Shown one piece after another: positions 53,568 through 62,185 of a stretch of 64,000 nucleotides of DNA. Source of the stretch: Micavibrio sp. UBA6145 (lineage in GTDB: Bacteria; Pseudomonadota; Alphaproteobacteria; Micavibrionales; UBA1664). The translations under genes and the position numbers were made by a program. Numbering within the stretch: position 1 is the first letter of the stretch; every line of letters starts with the position of its first letter. Under the pieces are notes generated by a model. The model saw only the letters and a list, made by a program, of their open reading frames with translations. It did not search any database and had not been told where the DNA came from. The DNA is taken from assembly GCA_002423205.1 (NCBI GenBank), contig DIUZ01000024.1, positions 199,891 to 263,890 on the forward strand, in the 5' to 3' direction.

Positions 53568-53957
53568 ATGGCTGTCGATAAAACTATGAACGTGCTGATT
53601 GTTGACGATTACGCAACGATGCGCCGCATCATCCGTAACCTGCTTAACCAGATTGGCTTTCCGAATATCGACGAGGCCAGTGACGGCGGCGCGGCTCTGA
53701 AAATGTTTAATGAAAAGAAATACGGCATGATCGTATCCGACTGGAATATGGAGCCGATGTCGGGCATGGACCTGCTCAAAGGCATTCGCGGCAGCACCAG
53801 CGACAATAAAGGCGTGCCCTTCATTATGGTCACGGCCGAAAGCAAGACTGAGAACATCATCGCCGCCAAGCAGGCGGGCGTGAACAACTATATCGTGAAG
53901 CCGTTCAATGCCGAGACATTGAAGGCCAAGATCACGGCCGTATTGGGAGCACTCTAA
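53568..53957 (+). CDS. cheY: Chemotaxis response regulator CheY
   Basis: 129-aa single receiver domain: VLIVDDYATMRR...MIVSDWNMEPMSG...FIMVTAES...NNYIVKPF. Confidence 0.9.
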   Translation: MAVDKTMNVLIVDDYATMRRIIRNLLNQIGFPNIDEASDGGAALKMFNEKKYGMIVSDWNMEPMSGMDLLKGIRGSTSDNKGVPFIMVTAESKTENIIAAKQAGVNNYIVKPFNAETLKAKITAVLGAL

Positions 53958-53959
53958 TC

Positions 53960-54538
53960 ATGTCATCCACAAATCAGTACGACCGCAGCAAAGTCGTCAA
54001 CATAGTCAATTCCGTGATCGCCAAAATGGCGACGTCGACGGATTCGAACCAGGATGCAGTTATCAAGGAATTGCGCGGCGTTCTGGACGTCATCCAGGTC
54101 CTGCGCGCGGATATTTCGGGCCTGCGTCCGCAGGATGTGACCGCAAAGCACGTGCCCGGTGCGACCGACGAACTGGACGCGGTGATTACCGCCACCAAGA
54201 CGGCGACGGATACGATCATGTCGTCATGCGAGGCGATGGAGAAGGCGGCTGCCGGCAAGAGCGACCCGCTGGCACAGGCGGTCAATGACGAGGTCACCAA
54301 GATTTACGAGGCCTGCTCATTCCAGGACATCACCGGCCAGCGCATTAAAAAAGTCGTGGGCGTGCTGGAGGAAATCCAGACCAAGGTCGAACATCTGCTG
54401 GAGGTTATCGGCCACACCGAAGACCATGTCAGCCAGGATACCCGCGTCGGCGACGCCAAGCTTATGAACGGGCCGCAAATGCCGGCCAATGCCATAAGTC
54501 AGGATGACATCGACAAGCTACTGGCTAGCTTTGACTAA
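53960..54538 (+). CDS. cheZ: CheZ-like CheY-P phosphatase
   Basis: SFQDITGQRIKKV matches the catalytic-Gln motif (FQDLTGQ) of CheZ. It starts 2 nt after the cheY stop. Confidence 0.7.
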   Translation: MSSTNQYDRSKVVNIVNSVIAKMATSTDSNQDAVIKELRGVLDVIQVLRADISGLRPQDVTAKHVPGATDELDAVITATKTATDTIMSSCEAMEKAAAGKSDPLAQAVNDEVTKIYEACSFQDITGQRIKKVVGVLEEIQTKVEHLLEVIGHTEDHVSQDTRVGDAKLMNGPQMPANAISQDDIDKLLASFD

Positions 54539-54650
54539 CTTGGTTTTGGGGCCTCGCCGGCCCACTCGCTCTGCTCGCTCCCGCCCGCGCGGGTTAGCCG
54601 CGCGGCTCGCCAGTCGGCTCGCTAACATTGAAATAAGCCTCTTAAATTTC

Positions 54651-54672
54651 GGCCCCCAACGGGGCCGTTTTT
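54651..54672 (+). terminator. Rho-independent terminator after cheZ
   Basis: Stem GGCCCC/GGGGCC with a CAAC loop, followed by GTTTTT. Ends 18 bp before ATG 54690. Confidence 0.7.
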
Positions 54673-54689
54673 CATGGTAAAGTGTCGGC

Positions 54690-55292
54690 ATGCGCGAGAG
54701 AAACATACGCGACAATACCCCGCCGCCGGTTGATATGCGGTCACTGACACTGACGCTGACGGTGTCGCTCTTTATTGCGTTACTGGCGTTCTTTATCGTC
54801 ATGAACGCGCTCAGCCCCGATTCCACCGTCAAACAACAAAAACTGCGGGCATCACTGAGTCAGACCTTTGGTTTTGTCGGCTTCGGGCAATCTGTCACGG
54901 ATACGGGTAATACCGGGGCCGGGGCGCTTGGTGATGCTGAAGTCGCGGCGGCGCAGGGTTTGCGCAGCGTATTGCCGGATATCGGGTTTCAGTCATCACG
55001 CCTTGGCGAGACCGGGCAGATGATGGTGGTGCGCATACCGCGGGATGATTTCAATGCACGCTGGCCGGATTTGAGCGCACGGCTGAGCAATGTTCTGGTG
55101 AACCATAACCGGGGCAGGGCGTATTCATTACAGATGCTGGCGCTGGACGGGCCGGACAAGGCCGGTGAGCTTGTCGCCAATGCGCGCCAGCTGGCCGAGG
55201 AAGGCGTGGACGAGGATCTGATCGGCATCGGGTATATCAACCGCGGCACCCCGTCGATCGAGCTGCGCTTTATTACATCGGGGGTGCACTGA
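54690..55292 (+). CDS. MotB-like membrane protein lacking the conserved channel Asp
   Basis: TM segment LTLTLTVSLFIALLAFFIVMNAL resembles the MotB plug/TM region, but no Asp precedes it. Its stop overlaps the next start by 1 nt (TGATG at 55290-55294). Confidence 0.4.
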   Translation: MRERNIRDNTPPPVDMRSLTLTLTVSLFIALLAFFIVMNALSPDSTVKQQKLRASLSQTFGFVGFGQSVTDTGNTGAGALGDAEVAAAQGLRSVLPDIGFQSSRLGETGQMMVVRIPRDDFNARWPDLSARLSNVLVNHNRGRAYSLQMLALDGPDKAGELVANARQLAEEGVDEDLIGIGYINRGTPSIELRFITSGVH

Positions 55293-56149
55293 TGGATAAA
55301 ATGATGAAGGCGCTCGACGATTACAATGCCGAACATGCCAATTATGAGCGGGTGGATGTCACTCTTTTGGGACCCCTGCATGAGAAGCCTAAAAACGCAG
55401 CAAATCAGAAGGCCCCGGACAACGCGGAACATGCCACCGACCTGAACGCCATTGCGTTTATGCAGGGGCAAGGCGCGGCAATTGCCGGGGATGTGCGTGT
55501 CTGTCAGGAGCGCGCGCGGATTTACGGCGACCCTGAAAACAAGGCGATTCAGGCCCGCATGTGGCTGATCTCGTTTACCGACCTGTTTTCGCTGCTGCTG
55601 TGTTTTTTCCTGATGCTGTATTCGATGAAGGACCCGGCGGCCCTGAAAGCGCCCATTCTGAGCGGTGCCAACGCGACACAGATGCATGGCGGCGCGGGCA
55701 GTGGAGAGGCCGGGCAGCAGGCGGGGCAGAATATTGCCCGGGTCGGGATGGGTGAGGGGTTGAACCTGGGGTATCTGCAGGGGGTGCTGAAAAACGCGCT
55801 TGTGCAGGTGAAACTGGAAAATGACGTGCGCATTATTACAGGCGCTGATCACCTGAAACTGCATGTCGATGCAGATAAGGTTTTCAACGGCAACGCGCTT
55901 TCGGCTGATGGGCAGCGTATTGCCAAGGGACTGGCCAACCGGCTGGCGACATTGACCAACCGTATTACGGTTGTGGGTGTGCCGTCGGATTCGGCGGAAT
56001 GGTCGTCGTCTCTGGCGCAGAGCACCGCGTTTGCCGAGATGATGCGCGATGCCGGTTATCGCAAACCATTTGTCGTGGTGGGCGACGGGGCAGGCGGGAA
56101 AGCCGGTATTGAAATCCGCGTCGACGCCGACGATGGCCGGGAACGGTAA
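55292..56149 (+). CDS. motB: MotB-like stator protein with degenerate OmpA-type C-terminal domain
   Basis: WLISFTDLFSLLLCFFLMLY matches the MotB TM with the essential Asp. The C-terminal region (ITVVGVPSDS...SSSLAQSTAFAEMM) sits where GHTD...NxxLSxxRA normally occurs. Confidence 0.65.
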   Translation: MDKMMKALDDYNAEHANYERVDVTLLGPLHEKPKNAANQKAPDNAEHATDLNAIAFMQGQGAAIAGDVRVCQERARIYGDPENKAIQARMWLISFTDLFSLLLCFFLMLYSMKDPAALKAPILSGANATQMHGGAGSGEAGQQAGQNIARVGMGEGLNLGYLQGVLKNALVQVKLENDVRIITGADHLKLHVDADKVFNGNALSADGQRIAKGLANRLATLTNRITVVGVPSDSAEWSSSLAQSTAFAEMMRDAGYRKPFVVVGDGAGGKAGIEIRVDADDGRER

Positions 56150-56233
56150 AAAAGGGTTGAAAACGTAAAGGTCTTTAGGGCTCTAACGTTGACCGTACAC
56201 AGGCCCCATGTCAGGGTGAAATGTAAGGATCCC

Positions 56234-59191
56234 ATGCGCAGAATTTCTTTTCTTGCCGTAATCATTTCAGCTTTCGTTTCCAGCCCTGCCATGGCGCAGG
56301 ACGCGGCACAGAGTTCTGCGCCTTCCGATCCGGTTGCTGCGGCCATCGCCGCCGCCAAAGCCGCCGCCAATGAAGCACCTGCACCGAAGGCAACCTTAGA
56401 GAAAGCGCCCGTAAAGGCACCGGCACCGGTTACGCCAACAGAAGCCAAAACCAAGGTGCAGGATAAAATCGCCCCGGCGAAACCGGCTGATACATCGACA
56501 TCACTGGTTACCGATAATGCAGCAAAGCCAGCGGCAACACCGGTGGCTGTCGCGCCGTTGCCTGAAACCACCGCGCCTGTACCGGGTCTGCCGACACCGG
56601 CAGAAGTGATGGCCGCCGCTACGCCGACGGCACCGAATACACCGGTTGACCTGACGCCCGCGGTGACCGAGGTCAAACCGTTTACCGGGTCCGCCGTCAT
56701 TACGGTGGGATCAACACAGGGTCTGGCACTGGCCGCGTTTGAGCGCGGCGGGTATCTGTGGGTCGTCCTGAGCCAGGAAGAATTGTCGGTTCCGCCGCAA
56801 GTGTCGGGGCCTGATGCGGCGGCGCTGGGGCCGGTTGATGAAATCAAAATCGACGGCGGGTCAGCCTACCGCGTGAAGCTGCCGCAGGGCGCTTTTGTGC
56901 GCCCGGAAGGGGCCGGGCTGGTCTGGCGTCTGTATGTCAGCGGCCAGAACCCGGGGCTGAAGTCTGTTACGGCGGAGCGTGATTTTTCAAACACCGCCGA
57001 AGGGCCGCAGGTCCATATTCCGATCCCGAACGGGGTGAGCGCGGTGCGCCTGCCTGATCCGCTGATCGGCGACGATCTGGCCGTCATTACCGTCAGCCGG
57101 GCCGATTACCGCCTGATCAATTCGGATGCTTATGTCGATTTCAATATGGTCCCGGCCATAGTCGGCGTTGTGCTGAAACCCAAGGCCGACGGTATCCGTA
57201 TTTCGGTGCAGCCGACGGAAATCGTGATCGCGCGTCAGGGTGGCCTGCGCATGTCGGTGGCGGGTCCGCGTCCGGCAGGCGCGGCGCGCAATAACGCACA
57301 AGGCGAAAGCGGCACACCGAAGAACACGCCTGAGCCCACAACCATTTTTGCATTTAAAGACTGGGCGCTGGGCGGTCCGAAACAGTTCATGGATATGCGT
57401 CATTCGATTGACGACAAGGTGGCTGCGGCCCCGGATGAACGCAAATTGCCGGAGATTATTTCCGGCGCGAAATTCATGCTGGCGCAGGGTTTGCCGCAGG
57501 AAGCCACGGGCTTCCTTGCCATGGCGTTGTCGTTCATGCCGGATTTGCGCAGTTCGCCCGATTTTCAGGCGCTGATGGGTGCGGTTGCCGCGCTTAAGGG
57601 TGAAGAAGACGAAGCCGCAAAGGCATTCGCCACGCCGGGGCTTGAGACCAAGGACGAGGTGGCGCTGTGGAAGGCGTATAATTTTGCGCGCGCGGGCAAG
57701 CTGGGTGAAGCACAGAAAATCCTGCCCGCCAATGCCCGCCAGATTCTGACGACATATCCCGAACGTTTACAGACGCTGGTCATTCCCGACCTGATCGAGG
57801 CATTGCTGGCGCGGGGTGATGTGAATATCGCCGAAGGGCTGCTGGATGCGTTCGACAAGGCGAGCAGCCAGTCGCTGACCCTGGGACGCGACGCCGCGAT
57901 TGCGTATTACCGCGGGCGTATTGCTACACTGCGCGGCGATGCTGCGACGGCGACCGAATTTTACCGCGAAGCAACCGAAGGCCTGCAGGGGCAATACCCG
58001 GTGCGCGCGACGCTGGCGCTGGTTGAGCGCGGCCTGTCCGCGAAAACCATTGGCCGGGACGAGGCGGTGCGCAAGCTTGAGCGTTTTCGTTACGGCTGGC
58101 GCGGTGACGCGCTTGAGAGCGACATACTGGAACGTCTTGGACTTATATACGTGACCGGCGGCGAACAACGCCGCGGCATGACCATCCTGCGCGATGCCGC
58201 GACCATGACAAACGATGCGGCGGAACGCGAGAAACTGGTCGCCGTCATGCAGAAGGCGTTCCGTGAATTGTTCACCGGCAAGACGCGCGAACAGATGTCA
58301 CCGCTGGAAGCGGCGGCCGTTGCCACCGAATTCAACGAGCTGATGCCGGCGGGCGCAGACGGCGAAGCCATCACCATGACAATTGCCGACCAGATGGTGC
58401 AGGTCGATCTGCTGGAACGCGCGGCCGATCTGGTTGAGCCGCTGGTGGTCACGACCGCCAACCCACAGGACGCCGTGCGTTACGCGCACCGCGCTGCGAC
58501 CATCCGTATCCTGAACGAACAGCCGGGCGACGCAATCAAGATCATCGACAAGGCGCTGGGCCGTAATGATGTTGCGGGCAAGGTCAGCGATGTTGATGCC
58601 AAGCGTTTTGCATTGCTGCGTGCCAAGGCCAAGGCACAACTAAAACGCCCGGATGATGCGCTGGCCGAGCTTGCCGGCGTGGCTGAAGATACCGAGTCCT
58701 TGAAACTGACCGCCGATATTGCATGGGGTGCGCAGCGCTGGCCGGTGGCGGCGGATGCGTTCGCCAAGCTGGTTGCGGGCGCGAAGCTGAACGCGACGCG
58801 GGCACCGACCCATGAGCAGGCGCAGCTTGTCCTCAATCAGGCGCTGGCCCTGAACCTGTCCGGCGATACCGAGAAGTTGACCCAGTTGCAGGTCGCGTAT
58901 TCGGACATCATGCGCCGCTCAGACATGAACCAGGCGTTTCAACTGGTGACCCGCACGGCGCAGGAGGCGACGCTGGCCGACCGCGAAACCCTGCTGCAAC
59001 TGGTGTCGGAAGTCGACATGTTCAAGGACGTGCTCAAGGCTTACGACGCGTCGGCGGCCAAACCGGCGGCGGATGCCAAAAAGGCAGAACCGGCGGCCGC
59101 GGCACCGGCGGCTGCCAAACCGGCTACAGGTGCACAGGCGCCGACAGAACCGGGGCAGGCGGCAGAGGCCGCGCGCCAGTCAGGCAAATAA
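56234..59191 (+). CDS. Large periplasmic protein: signal peptide, Ala/Pro-rich linker, beta-rich region, long TPR-like helical repeats
   Basis: ORF trimmed to ATG 56234 (MRRISFLAVIISAFVSSPAMA/QD). About 985 aa. The helical-repeat half is Ala/Leu/Arg-rich. Starts 84 bp after motB-like. Confidence 0.55.
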   Translation: MRRISFLAVIISAFVSSPAMAQDAAQSSAPSDPVAAAIAAAKAAANEAPAPKATLEKAPVKAPAPVTPTEAKTKVQDKIAPAKPADTSTSLVTDNAAKPAATPVAVAPLPETTAPVPGLPTPAEVMAAATPTAPNTPVDLTPAVTEVKPFTGSAVITVGSTQGLALAAFERGGYLWVVLSQEELSVPPQVSGPDAAALGPVDEIKIDGGSAYRVKLPQGAFVRPEGAGLVWRLYVSGQNPGLKSVTAERDFSNTAEGPQVHIPIPNGVSAVRLPDPLIGDDLAVITVSRADYRLINSDAYVDFNMVPAIVGVVLKPKADGIRISVQPTEIVIARQGGLRMSVAGPRPAGAARNNAQGESGTPKNTPEPTTIFAFKDWALGGPKQFMDMRHSIDDKVAAAPDERKLPEIISGAKFMLAQGLPQEATGFLAMALSFMPDLRSSPDFQALMGAVAALKGEEDEAAKAFATPGLETKDEVALWKAYNFARAGKLGEAQKILPANARQILTTYPERLQTLVIPDLIEALLARGDVNIAEGLLDAFDKASSQSLTLGRDAAIAYYRGRIATLRGDAATATEFYREATEGLQGQYPVRATLALVERGLSAKTIGRDEAVRKLERFRYGWRGDALESDILERLGLIYVTGGEQRRGMTILRDAATMTNDAAEREKLVAVMQKAFRELFTGKTREQMSPLEAAAVATEFNELMPAGADGEAITMTIADQMVQVDLLERAADLVEPLVVTTANPQDAVRYAHRAATIRILNEQPGDAIKIIDKALGRNDVAGKVSDVDAKRFALLRAKAKAQLKRPDDALAELAGVAEDTESLKLTADIAWGAQRWPVAADAFAKLVAGAKLNATRAPTHEQAQLVLNQALALNLSGDTEKLTQLQVAYSDIMRRSDMNQAFQLVTRTAQEATLADRETLLQLVSEVDMFKDVLKAYDASAAKPAADAKKAEPAAAAPAAAKPATGAQAPTEPGQAAEAARQSGK

Positions 59192-59809
59192 TCAGTCTTT
59201 TACAGTGTAGCGGGTCATGAAGGTTTTAATGGCTTCGTCGACCACGGCCTCGCGGTAACCGGCGGGGGCGGCGTCGCTCATCCCGAACAGGCGGGGCCAG
59301 AGAATGGCGTCGGTGATCATGCCGAAGAACTGCCGCGCGGCGACGTTACGGTCGGTGATCAGCCAGTACCGCTGTTCGACACCCTGATCCAGAACATCGT
59401 TCAGGCGGTTGATGAAGGGTTTGCGCCATGCGTCGTTGACGGCCTGGCCCAGACCTTCGGCTTTGTCTTTGAGCAGAATGCCCATACGGATCAGCCCCAG
59501 CAGCATGGGGTTATCCAGACGGCGGGCATAGGACAGGCCGATGGACCGCAAGGCATCAGACACAGGCAGGGTGTTTCTGGCGGTGGTTTCGTCGCGCATC
59601 TTGGCCAGCACGTCGATGGCACCGGCAAGCAACGCCTCTTTCTGCGGGTAGTGCGAGAAGAGGGTGGCGGTAGAGACCTTGGCCGCCTTGGCGATGTCTT
59701 TCAGGGCGACTTCTTCGAAGCCGCGCTCCACGAATAAACCGAGTGCGGCATTTAGAATTTTCTCACGGCTTTTTTCGGCGCGTGCGGCCTGAAATTCAGG
59801 ATTGCTCAT
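59192..59809 (-). CDS. TetR family transcriptional regulator
   Basis: ORF trimmed to ATG 59809. N-terminal HTH REKILNAALGLFVERGFEEVALKDIAKAAKVSTATLFSHYPQKE. Confidence 0.8.
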   Translation of the reverse strand: MSNPEFQAARAEKSREKILNAALGLFVERGFEEVALKDIAKAAKVSTATLFSHYPQKEALLAGAIDVLAKMRDETTARNTLPVSDALRSIGLSYARRLDNPMLLGLIRMGILLKDKAEGLGQAVNDAWRKPFINRLNDVLDQGVEQRYWLITDRNVAARQFFGMITDAILWPRLFGMSDAAPAGYREAVVDEAIKTFMTRYTVKD

Positions 59810-59876
59810 GCCTTTGTTTTTACAGGAAAGTTTATACCAAGTCGAGGGACTTGTTTTTGTTGGTGGCACGAGTCCG

Positions 59877-59900
59877 AAAACGGCGGAAATCCGCCGTTTC
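59877..59900 (-). terminator. Terminator after fliP
   Basis: Stem AACGGCGG/CCGCCGTT with a 4-nt loop, followed on the minus strand by TTCGG (U-run of 4 including the stem end). Confidence 0.5.
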
Positions 59901-59923
59901 ACGTGAGTCACGAAAGGGAAAAA

Positions 59924-60712
59924 TTACTGCGTGATGCCGGGTATCTGAACGCTGCCCGGGGCGCTTTCGAAGCTTTTGACGAGCGAGCCAACCACGAGGT
60001 GCCAGCCATCGACCATGACGAAGAAGATAATCTTGAATGGCAGCGAAATCATGATGGGCGGAAGCATCATCATACCCATCGACATCAGGATCGAGGCCGT
60101 AACCATGTCGATGATGAGGAAGGGCAGGAACAGCATGAATCCGATTTCAAAGGCACGGCGCAGTTCCGAGATCATAAAGGCCGGGATCACGATGTGCAGG
60201 GGCGATTCCATGGCGGTTTTGGGCGCTTCCACGCCCGACATGTCCACAAACAATGTGTAGTCTTCCTGGCGGGTGTTCTTGAGCATGAACGCCTTGAACG
60301 GCTGTGTTGCGCGGTCAAAGGCCACGGTTTCTTCGATTGTCTGGTCCATCAGGGGCTTGATGCCCTCGTTATACGCCTGGGTGATGGTCGGACCCATGAT
60401 GAAGAAGGTCAGAAACAGGGCCAGCGACATCAAAACCGTGTTCGGCGGCGTCTGCTGGACGCCCAAGGCCGTCCGCAGGAATGACAGGACGATGATGATC
60501 CGGGTAAACGACGTCATCATGATCAGGATACTCGGTGCCAGCGAGAGAATGGTGAGCATGGCCAGAATCTGGACCACGCGGCCGGTAACGGTGCCGTCGC
60601 CGCCACCCATGTCGAGGGTCAGTTCCTGCGCCATGGCGAGGGGGACGCCCAAGATCATGACAGCGCCGAGAAGGCACAAAAGGGCGATAAAGGCTTTTCT
60701 GGTGCGGGTCAT
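59924..60712 (-). CDS. fliP: Flagellar export apparatus protein FliP
   Basis: Signal peptide plus the conserved FTRIIIVLSFLRTALGVQQTPPN and GFMLFLPFLIIDMVTASILMSMGMMMLPP. Confidence 0.95.
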   Translation of the reverse strand: MTRTRKAFIALLCLLGAVMILGVPLAMAQELTLDMGGGDGTVTGRVVQILAMLTILSLAPSILIMMTSFTRIIIVLSFLRTALGVQQTPPNTVLMSLALFLTFFIMGPTITQAYNEGIKPLMDQTIEETVAFDRATQPFKAFMLKNTRQEDYTLFVDMSGVEAPKTAMESPLHIVIPAFMISELRRAFEIGFMLFLPFLIIDMVTASILMSMGMMMLPPIMISLPFKIIFFVMVDGWHLVVGSLVKSFESAPGSVQIPGITQ

Positions 60713-60996
60713 GAGGGCTTCTGCGGCGTCGGAGGCGTTGGAATATTGGTATCGATGACCGTGTGACCCTGTGGCCCAAGGACGATCAGGTGTTCGCGGT
60801 CATCGCATTTTACCAGAGCCAGCTTGTGGCGGGAATCCAGCGTGCGGATCTCAACCAGCCCAAGGCGGCGGCCGCTGCCAAGGCCGAGGGCGATCTTGCC
60901 AAGGCCGGAGCGTTTGAACAAAAGGGCCAGAATCCCCATCAGCGCCAGCACAAAGGCCAGCGCGAAGATGAAGCGCAGATAGTCGTTGAATTCCAT
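60709..60996 (-). CDS. fliO: Flagellar export protein FliO
   Basis: 95 aa with a single TM (FIFALAFVLALMGILALLF), then RLGLVEIRTLDSRHKLALVKCDDREHLIVLG. ATGA-type overlap with fliP. Confidence 0.6.
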   Translation of the reverse strand: MEFNDYLRFIFALAFVLALMGILALLFKRSGLGKIALGLGSGRRLGLVEIRTLDSRHKLALVKCDDREHLIVLGPQGHTVIDTNIPTPPTPQKPS

Positions 60997-61055
60997 GAAT
61001 GGATAGTGCGGGGTTTCGAAGGCCCGTTCAAGCAGCCGTTTGGGTCGGCCCTCAG

Positions 61056-61313
61056 TTACTTTTTCGTCTTGTCCTTGAGGGACTGGACCTGGTCCTCAAG
61101 CGCGAAGGTCAGGCGTTCGATGGCCAGCACGGCCTTGGAGAGCAGGGGCTGGATGGTGGCATCCGGTTTGCTTTTGAGCATTTTGGACAGGGCCAGCGAT
61201 TCAGCATCCAGCGATTTGATGTCGATGCGTTTGCCGTCGCGCACGAAGGATGTCGCGGCTTCGATGCGACTGATCAGGTCTTCCAGGCGCTTATGGGCCG
61301 GGCTTTGTGTCAT
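61056..61313 (-). CDS. Hypothetical small helical protein (85 aa)
   Basis: ATG-started ORF overlapping the upstream FlhB-C-like stop by 4 nt. No recognised motif. Confidence 0.4.
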   Translation of the reverse strand: MTQSPAHKRLEDLISRIEAATSFVRDGKRIDIKSLDAESLALSKMLKSKPDATIQPLLSKAVLAIERLTFALEDQVQSLKDKTKK

Positions 61314-61675
61314 GTGATTTTGTCCTTTTCCATTTCGGCCATGAGGACCGCGTCGAACGGGTTGGGTTCGCCGTTGGCCTGATAGACATAGGCCAGGATT
61401 TCCCCGACTGCCATCAGGGCCTCGGTCGGGATGGGGGAGTCGAGTTCGAACTGGGCCAGCATCTCGGCCAGATTGGCGTCTTCGCGGACCTTTACGCCAT
61501 TGGCGTAGGCGATTTCCAGGATCTGGCGGGCAATTTCGCCACGGCCGGCGGCGGTAATTTCCGGCACTTTGCCGATGGCGGACCGGTCGCGCAGGGCGAC
61601 GGCTGTGGCCCTGGTTGAAATTGCCTGCGCATTCAACGGGTTAAGTGGGTCTTCGTCTTCGGGTAGGTTTGGCAC
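61310..61675 (-). CDS. Stand-alone FlhB C-terminal-domain-like protein (EscU/YscU/FlhB family, no TM region, no NPTH)
   Basis: AVALRDRSAIGKVPEITAAGRGEIARQILEIAYANGVKVREDANLAEMLAQFELDSPIPTEALMAVGEILAYVYQ parallels the FlhB segment just after the NPTH autocleavage site. GTG start at 61675. Confidence 0.7.
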   Translation of the reverse strand: MPNLPEDEDPLNPLNAQAISTRATAVALRDRSAIGKVPEITAAGRGEIARQILEIAYANGVKVREDANLAEMLAQFELDSPIPTEALMAVGEILAYVYQANGEPNPFDAVLMAEMEKDKIT

Positions 61676-61685
61676 GGTTTTCGCA
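61670..61685 (+). promoter_or_regulatory. Sigma-54 promoter of the flgB-flgC-fliE operon
   Basis: TGGCAC-ggttt-TCGCA (GG-N10-GC), 40 bp upstream of ATG 61725. Same -24/-12 words as the flgI promoter. Overlaps the GTG start of the divergent FlhB-C-like ORF. Confidence 0.65.
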
Positions 61686-61724
61686 AATACCTTATGTGGG
61701 ACTACTTAGAGACGAGCGATAAAA

Positions 61725-62174
61725 ATGACAATGCTCAGTGGAATTGGCCTTTTCAAAGGCATTATGTCGAAGATGGACTGGCTTGACCAGAACCAGCGCG
61801 TTCTTTCGCAAAACATAGCGAACGCGGACACGCCGGGTTATCAGCCCAAATCGCTGAAAGAAGCCGACTTTAAATCATTGATGGGGTCGACCGCATCCGG
61901 CGGCAGTAAGGGCAGCGCCCCGCAACTGGCCCTGACACCGGTCCGCCTTGAGGGTACGAATGCCATGCATTTCGGCGTGAAAGAGGGCGAGAAAGTCTCG
62001 GCCGAAGCCAAAGCACAAAAAACCACTTATGAAGCCAGCCCGGATGACAACAGCGTGGTTCTGGAAGAACAGCTGTTCAAAGCCAACCGTAATTCGATGG
62101 ATTACCAGCTGGCCACCAACCTCTATCGCCGCAATGTGGGCATGCTGCGCATGGCTCTCGGCCGTAACGGATAA
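61725..62174 (+). CDS. flgB: Proximal rod protein FlgB
   Basis: VLSQNIANADTPGYQPK N-terminal rod motif. 149 aa, first gene of flgB-flgC-fliE. Confidence 0.9.
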   Translation: MTMLSGIGLFKGIMSKMDWLDQNQRVLSQNIANADTPGYQPKSLKEADFKSLMGSTASGGSKGSAPQLALTPVRLEGTNAMHFGVKEGEKVSAEAKAQKTTYEASPDDNSVVLEEQLFKANRNSMDYQLATNLYRRNVGMLRMALGRNG

Positions 62175-62185
62175 GGAGATTAATC

